A DNA stretch of 63,365 nt, counting the filler, from Lentisphaeria bacterium (GTDB lineage: Bacteria; Verrucomicrobiota; Lentisphaeria; JABSQK01; JAWLHB01), in assembly GCA_041690595.1 (NCBI GenBank). It is 3 parts of 3 records of this genome, joined end to end, with 100 filler letters (N's around TTAATTAATTAA, not from the genome) between each part and the next. Parts side by side here need not be neighbours in the genome. Positions count along the whole stretch, not along the records: positions 47,447 to 63,365 come from JAWLHB010000076.1; 2 more parts are not named here. The stretch is one strand, 5' to 3'. Both the position numbers and the translations under genes were made by a program. The notes under the pieces are model-generated. The model ran no database searches, was not told the origin of the DNA, and was given only the letters and a program-made list of their open reading frames with translations. The number at the start of each line of letters is the position of its first letter. The stretch's first letter is position 1. Shown in pieces: positions 58,369 through 63,365 of this stretch.

Positions 58369-60561
58369 ATGCCAGTTATTTCCAATCTCGGCCGCCGCTC
58401 CCTGCCAGGCAAGATGATGACCCTGTTCATGTATCTGGCGTTGACAGTGCTGGGCACGACGATGGTGGTGCCCTTTCTCATCACCGTCTCCAGTTCCATC
58501 AGCAACGACTACGACTACGAGCGGTTCCGGCCCCTGCCCCGGTACCTGCATTCACAGGAGGATCGCTTCGCGAAGGGGCTGGTGCGATACTTCAATTCGT
58601 ACGCGAAGTGGTACGAGCAGTTGAATATCCGCTACACGGATATCCCCGCGAACTGGACTTCGTGGCGGGAGATCGGCCGTGACATCGAGGGAACGGACAA
58701 GCTTGCGGCCCGCTACCTCAATCCGTCTGAGGAGGAGCTGGTCAGGTGGAAGCGCATCGCAGCCGATTATTCGGACTTTGCGCTGACGTATCCGGTTGCG
58801 GACTCACTGACGACGGTGGGGGATCTCGAGGCGGCATCCTTCATCAAGGCTCATTATACGAACCTCTTTCAGAAGCAGAACCCGGAAGCTGCCGCCGAGA
58901 TGAGCAAGGCGGAGCTGCGGGCGGCCGCGCTGGAGTTGATGAACGAGACATGGGGCATCCCCATGACCAACTTCTACCTCATCGGCTTCGAGACCTCGGA
59001 AGGGCGCCGGCCATACTGGCAGCAGAGCTGGTTTCCGAGTCTCTCCGAGCCCAAGTACAGGGATTACCTGCGGGTGAAGGAAGCGGCAGCGTTCCACGTC
59101 TTCACGCCGGGCGTGGAGAGCAAGTGGTTCGCGTGGGTCGAGGCGAATCATCCGGACGCCCATCCGATCCCCACGCTGGTGCAGATGGTGGACGAGAGCG
59201 ATCCGCTTTGGCAGGAGCGGTTCAGCAGCTTCCGCCGGGAGGTGGCGCCCGCCACGCCAACCGTGCCCTTCGGGATGCGGGCCATCTGGTACTCGTACTT
59301 CACCACGGACGAAGCGCGTGATGCGTTCGGGCTCGAGCTGGGCAAGCTCTTCGATGTCAACGTCTACAACCGTGCGGCCAATACGAACTACACGGACCTG
59401 GCGCAGATTCCCTTTCCTCCTCCCGCGGAGACCACGCCGGTGATCCGGGAGATGTGGCGTGACTTCGTCGAAAACCGGTATCCGGTCCGGCTGATCACAG
59501 TGGACGTCACTCCCGAGCTGGAGGACGAGTACCAGGCCTTTCTGGAGGAGCGCTTCAAGACCCTCGATTACGCCAACCGCATGCTCAATACCAGTATGGA
59601 AAGCTGGGAGGAGTTCAAGCTGGCACGGGAAGCTCTGTATGGGCCGGAAGAGGATCAGGTACGGAGCGTCTGGAGCGACTTCGTGAAGAAGCTGCCGGTA
59701 GAGAATCGGCAGATCCATTCCAGCGAGATTTCGTATCAGGCGTTTCTCATGGAGCGGTACGGCACCGTGGAAGCCGTGAATGCCGCCTATGGGTGGGAGC
59801 TGGCGCATCTTCATGAAGCGAGTCCGCCGTTCGACATCGCCTACGCCGTCACCTTCCTGCAGAACGAATGGTCGTTGAGCCTCCTGCCGATCGCCCATAA
59901 CTACGACTTCATCCTCACCTTCATGTTCGAGCGCGGGCGGGCCATCTTCGTCACCATCGTCCTCATCGTCCTGACCATACTCATGACGCTGACGGTGAAT
60001 CCGATGGCGGCGTATGCGCTCTCGCGCTTCAGCCTACCGAACAAGGACAAGATCGTCCTCTTCCTGCTTGCCACCATGGCCTTTCCGGCGATGGTCAGCG
60101 CGATTCCCGCCTACCTGCTCATGCGCGATCTGGGGCTGCTGAACACCTTCTTCGCGCTTATACTTCCCGGCGCGGCGAACGGCATGTCCATCTTCATCCT
60201 CAAAGGCTTCTTCGACAGTCTGCCCCAGGAGCTGTATGAGGCGGCGACGATCGACGGCGCGAAGGAGTGGCAGATCTTCCTGATCATCACCATGCCGATG
60301 ATGAAGCCGATCCTTGCCATCAACGCCCTCAATGCCTTCATCGCCGCCTACAATGGCTGGCAGTGGGCGCTGATCATCTGTCAGGATCAGGATATGTGGA
60401 CGCTTTCCGTCTGGATGTATCAGGCCAGTCAGTGGTGGTCACTGACGACTCCCTGGCTGGTCATGGCAGGCTTCGTCATCGTCTCCATACCGACGCTGGT
60501 CGTCTTCATGTTCTGCCAGAAGATCATCATGCGGGGTATCATCGTACCGTCGATGAAGTAG
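58369..60561 (+). CDS. Carbohydrate ABC permease with a ~450-aa extracytoplasmic insertion
   Basis: First TM, large soluble region, then AAYALSRF and LYEAATIDGA. Confidence 0.92.
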   Translation: MPVISNLGRRSLPGKMMTLFMYLALTVLGTTMVVPFLITVSSSISNDYDYERFRPLPRYLHSQEDRFAKGLVRYFNSYAKWYEQLNIRYTDIPANWTSWREIGRDIEGTDKLAARYLNPSEEELVRWKRIAADYSDFALTYPVADSLTTVGDLEAASFIKAHYTNLFQKQNPEAAAEMSKAELRAAALELMNETWGIPMTNFYLIGFETSEGRRPYWQQSWFPSLSEPKYRDYLRVKEAAAFHVFTPGVESKWFAWVEANHPDAHPIPTLVQMVDESDPLWQERFSSFRREVAPATPTVPFGMRAIWYSYFTTDEARDAFGLELGKLFDVNVYNRAANTNYTDLAQIPFPPPAETTPVIREMWRDFVENRYPVRLITVDVTPELEDEYQAFLEERFKTLDYANRMLNTSMESWEEFKLAREALYGPEEDQVRSVWSDFVKKLPVENRQIHSSEISYQAFLMERYGTVEAVNAAYGWELAHLHEASPPFDIAYAVTFLQNEWSLSLLPIAHNYDFILTFMFERGRAIFVTIVLIVLTILMTLTVNPMAAYALSRFSLPNKDKIVLFLLATMAFPAMVSAIPAYLLMRDLGLLNTFFALILPGAANGMSIFILKGFFDSLPQELYEAATIDGAKEWQIFLIITMPMMKPILAINALNAFIAAYNGWQWALIICQDQDMWTLSVWMYQASQWWSLTTPWLVMAGFVIVSIPTLVVFMFCQKIIMRGIIVPSMK

Positions 60562-60745
60562 AATCACCCGCGGAGGCCGTGGGGGCGGAGAGGAGTGACC
60601 TCTTCGCCTGGCTTCCGCGGGAGGCACCGGCCGCCCGCCCACGCCGCAACCCCAATCGCGGTTGCGTCCACGGCGATTACCCTTCCCGCGTGAGCACAGA
60701 TCCCCGCGCTGTCGGACGAAGCGAGCGCCGACCTCAAGTCGGCTA

Positions 60746-61219
60746 TCAGCTTCTGGACTTGTGGATGGAGTCGAGAACGCCGTTGATAAAGGCGCTGCTG
60801 TCTTCCGCGCCGAATGCCTTGGCGAGATCGACAGCTTCGTTGATGGCCGAAATGGGAGGAACCTTTTCCGGGCTGTAGAGCAGCTCCCAGGCGCTGAGGC
60901 GCAGGATGTTGCGATCGACGGCCGCCAGACGATCCAGCGACCAATCCCGCAGAAAACGGGTGATCTGGGCATCGACATCTTCCAGTCGCTGAAGGACGCC
61001 GCGGACCATGATGTCGACGTCTTCCTGCACTTTGCGCCATTCGCGCGGACCGAAACGATCGCTCATCTCCTCGGCCTGCTCCCAGAAGCGCTGGAGGCTG
61101 CGGTCGGAGAACTCCTCTTCGCCCACGTCGAGCTGAAAGAGGTACTGGATGGCATACTTTCGAGCGGTACGCCGCAAGGGCAACGGGGGAGGTTGAGGAG
61201 CAGGCGTTGGAGTCGTCAT
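60746..61219 (-). CDS. nusB: Transcription antitermination factor NusB
   Basis: RRTARKYAIQYLFQ, DRNILRL, INEAVDLAK and FINGVLD. Confidence 0.97.
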   Translation of the reverse strand: MTTPTPAPQPPPLPLRRTARKYAIQYLFQLDVGEEEFSDRSLQRFWEQAEEMSDRFGPREWRKVQEDVDIMVRGVLQRLEDVDAQITRFLRDWSLDRLAAVDRNILRLSAWELLYSPEKVPPISAINEAVDLAKAFGAEDSSAFINGVLDSIHKSRS

Positions 61220-61704
61220 CACGTATTCATCACCTTGAGCAGGTTGGCCATTTCCACCGCGGTCTCGGCTGCGGAGGCGCCGCGGTTGCCATGCTTGGTG
61301 CCGCTGCGTTCGGTCGCTTGTTCGATGTCTTCCGTGGTCACGACGCCATAGATCACGGGTACGCCGGTCTCGCCACTGATGGCGGCCAACCCGGCAGCCA
61401 CCTGATTGTTGATGAATTGGGCATGCGCCGTCGCTCCCTGGATGACCACGCCGAGGCCAATCACCGCATCATAGTCGCCCGACCTGGCCATGTGCCGTGC
61501 CACGACCGGTATCTCGAAAGAGCCCGGCACCCACGCCACCGACACCAACTCGGCATTGCCGCCAAGGCGCACAATCTTGTCCATCGCGCCATCCAGCAAC
61601 CGGCTGACGAAAAACTCGTTGAAACGCGCACACACGATTCCGATGCGCAGACCTTCCGCAGCCAGATTCCCTTCGAATATGCGACCAGCTTTCTTGTTCA
61701 TCAT
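61219..61704 (-). CDS. ribH: 6,7-dimethyl-8-ribityllumazine synthase
   Basis: ARFNEF, VPGSFEIP, GATAH and EQATERSGTK. Confidence 0.97.
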   Translation of the reverse strand: MMNKKAGRIFEGNLAAEGLRIGIVCARFNEFFVSRLLDGAMDKIVRLGGNAELVSVAWVPGSFEIPVVARHMARSGDYDAVIGLGVVIQGATAHAQFINNQVAAGLAAISGETGVPVIYGVVTTEDIEQATERSGTKHGNRGASAAETAVEMANLLKVMNT

Positions 61705-61732
61705 GATCGTCGTTCCTTTCATGACCGCGCCT

Positions 61733-62926
61733 TCAGAGCAAGTGCCCGAGGCGGTCTTTCTTGGTTTCCAGGTAAAATCGGTTGACATCCGTCGGCCGAA
61801 TCACGATCGGCACCCGCTCCGTGACGGTGATGGCGAAATCGCGCAGCCCCTGCACCTTGCGCGGGTTGTTGGTCAGCAGGCGCAGGGAAGCGACCTTGAG
61901 ATCGCGGAGAATCTGCGCCGCCACGCTGTACTCGCGCATGTCCGGCGGAAAACCCAGCTCCAGGTTCGCCTCCACTGTATCCATACCCTGCTCCTGCAAC
62001 ACATAGGCCTTGATCTTGTTCACGAGTCCGATGCCGCGCCCTTCCTGCCGCAGGTAGACAAGGACTCCTGCGCCCTCCTTGGCGATCTGGCGCATGGCAT
62101 ACTCCAACTGCTCGCCGCAGTCGCAGCGTGCCGAATGGAAGACATCGCCGGTGAGGCATTCGCTGTGAACGCGGACCAGAACATCCTCCTTCCCCTCGAT
62201 ATCGCCGTAGACCATCGCCACATGCTCCTTCTGATCCAGATTGGTCTGGTAACAATGGAGCACGAAACCATCCTCGGCAAACCGCGACGGAATCTTCACG
62301 CAACCCGTCTTGGTGACCAGCATCTCATGAGTCTGCCGGTAGCGGATGATATCCTGGATCGTGCACCACAACAAGCCATGACGGGTGGCGAAATCCTTCA
62401 CCTCCGTCAGCCGGGACATGGTGCCATCCTCGTTCATGATCTCGCAGATCGCGCCAGCCGGCTGCAGCCCCGCCAAACGCGCCAGATCGACCGAAGCCTC
62501 CGTGTGGCCGGGGCGCACCAGAACGCCGCCATCCTGCGCCACGATCGGGAAGATATGCCCCGGCACGTGAAAGTCCGTACGTACGGTAGCAGGATCAGCC
62601 AGCCGCGTGATGGTCCGCGCCCGGTCCGCCGCCGAGATGCCCGTGGAGACGTTCTGGCGAGCATCCACCGAAACCGTGAAGGCGGTATTGTAGCGGTCGC
62701 GCGAATGGGCCATCTGGCCGAGCCCCAACGCCTCCGCGCGATCATGGGTAATTGGCGCGCAGACCAGTCCCCGGCCGTACGTCACCATGAAATTGATTGC
62801 CTCCGGTGTGACCTTCTCGGCCGCCATGACGAGGTCACCCTCGTTCTCGCGGTCCTCGGCATCGGTGATCACCACCATTTTCCCCTGACGTATCGCCTCG
62901 ATGACTGCATTCACACGTTCACTCAT
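61733..62926 (-). CDS. ribBA: Bifunctional DHBP synthase / GTP cyclohydrolase II
   Basis: [34 protein letters not shown] and LTNNP. Confidence 0.98.
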   Translation of the reverse strand: MSERVNAVIEAIRQGKMVVITDAEDRENEGDLVMAAEKVTPEAINFMVTYGRGLVCAPITHDRAEALGLGQMAHSRDRYNTAFTVSVDARQNVSTGISAADRARTITRLADPATVRTDFHVPGHIFPIVAQDGGVLVRPGHTEASVDLARLAGLQPAGAICEIMNEDGTMSRLTEVKDFATRHGLLWCTIQDIIRYRQTHEMLVTKTGCVKIPSRFAEDGFVLHCYQTNLDQKEHVAMVYGDIEGKEDVLVRVHSECLTGDVFHSARCDCGEQLEYAMRQIAKEGAGVLVYLRQEGRGIGLVNKIKAYVLQEQGMDTVEANLELGFPPDMREYSVAAQILRDLKVASLRLLTNNPRKVQGLRDFAITVTERVPIVIRPTDVNRFYLETKKDRLGHLL

Positions 62927-63029
62927 GATCTGGCTCCACCACTGGATAACGAAAACCCCTCGAGAATGCTTCGTCTTCGAGGGGTCGTGCAGTAGCCGAG
63001 AGGAGCGACCGTGGTCGCGCGTTCCCGTG

Positions 63030-63171
63030 TGCCGTCTTCTCTCATCCAGACTATACTGTCGGCAATGGAATTTCACCATTTCCTGCCCATCCAATGGACG
63101 GACTCGCGGGCTGTACCGCCGGTCAGGAATTGTCCGCCTCACAGCAGACTCACCTTGCCCCGAAGACATTG
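63030..63171 (-). ncRNA. FMN riboswitch (RFN element)
   Basis: GTCTTCGGGGC..GACCGGCGGTACAGCCCGCGA..GGTGAAATTCC..CCGACAGTATAGTCTGGATGAGAGAAGAC, upstream of ribBA. Confidence 0.96.
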
Positions 63172-63365
63172 CAGAATGTGTGTACTGACCATGGAATCAG
63201 ACTCCACGGCCAATCCGCATAACCATACCCCCACTCCCTTCGCCTGTCCACCCCCCATGCGCATTATCAGTGCTGACGAATCATGCTCTCGCTCAAGTTC
63301 GCGCACGCGGCCACTCGTCACCATGGTGGTGCCTGCAGTCCATCGGGGCGTGAGCATTGCGTTGG

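Noticed and set aside
62927..63169. N-terminal extension of ribBA
   Set aside because: Overlaps the FMN riboswitch; the probable start is MSERVN at 62926.

Overview
The window is three contigs joined by artificial N-TTAATTAATTAA-N linkers (24204-24303 and 47347-47446). Contig 1 (1-24203) is almost entirely a ~24 kb island integrated at the 3' end of tRNA-Cys(GCA), with a matching att repeat at 85-108. Its core (P4-type integrase, AlpA, Zn/Toprim primase-helicase, candidate iteron origin, HGGxSTG gene pair) resembles a minimal phage satellite with no capsid genes. Cargo: a complete type I restriction-modification locus with M48 peptidase, a SieB-like gene in a membrane-protein run, a trypsin-like protease, a frameshifted FimB-like recombinase, decayed integrase and IS256 copies, and an unannotated unit made of a structured leader, a 25-aa hydrophobic ORF and a terminator. 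Contigs 2 and 3 share repeats and an IS66 end, so they probably come from one genome. That genome looks PVC-like (Lentisphaerae-style; inference) and may differ from the source of contig 1. They carry sugar-utilisation loci with prepilin-like proteins, a translationally coupled phytochelatin synthase, a fused SBP-permease ABC system, lysA-dapF, and ribBA-ribH-nusB under an FMN riboswitch with an extra hairpin. All calls come from reading motifs by eye; no searches were run.
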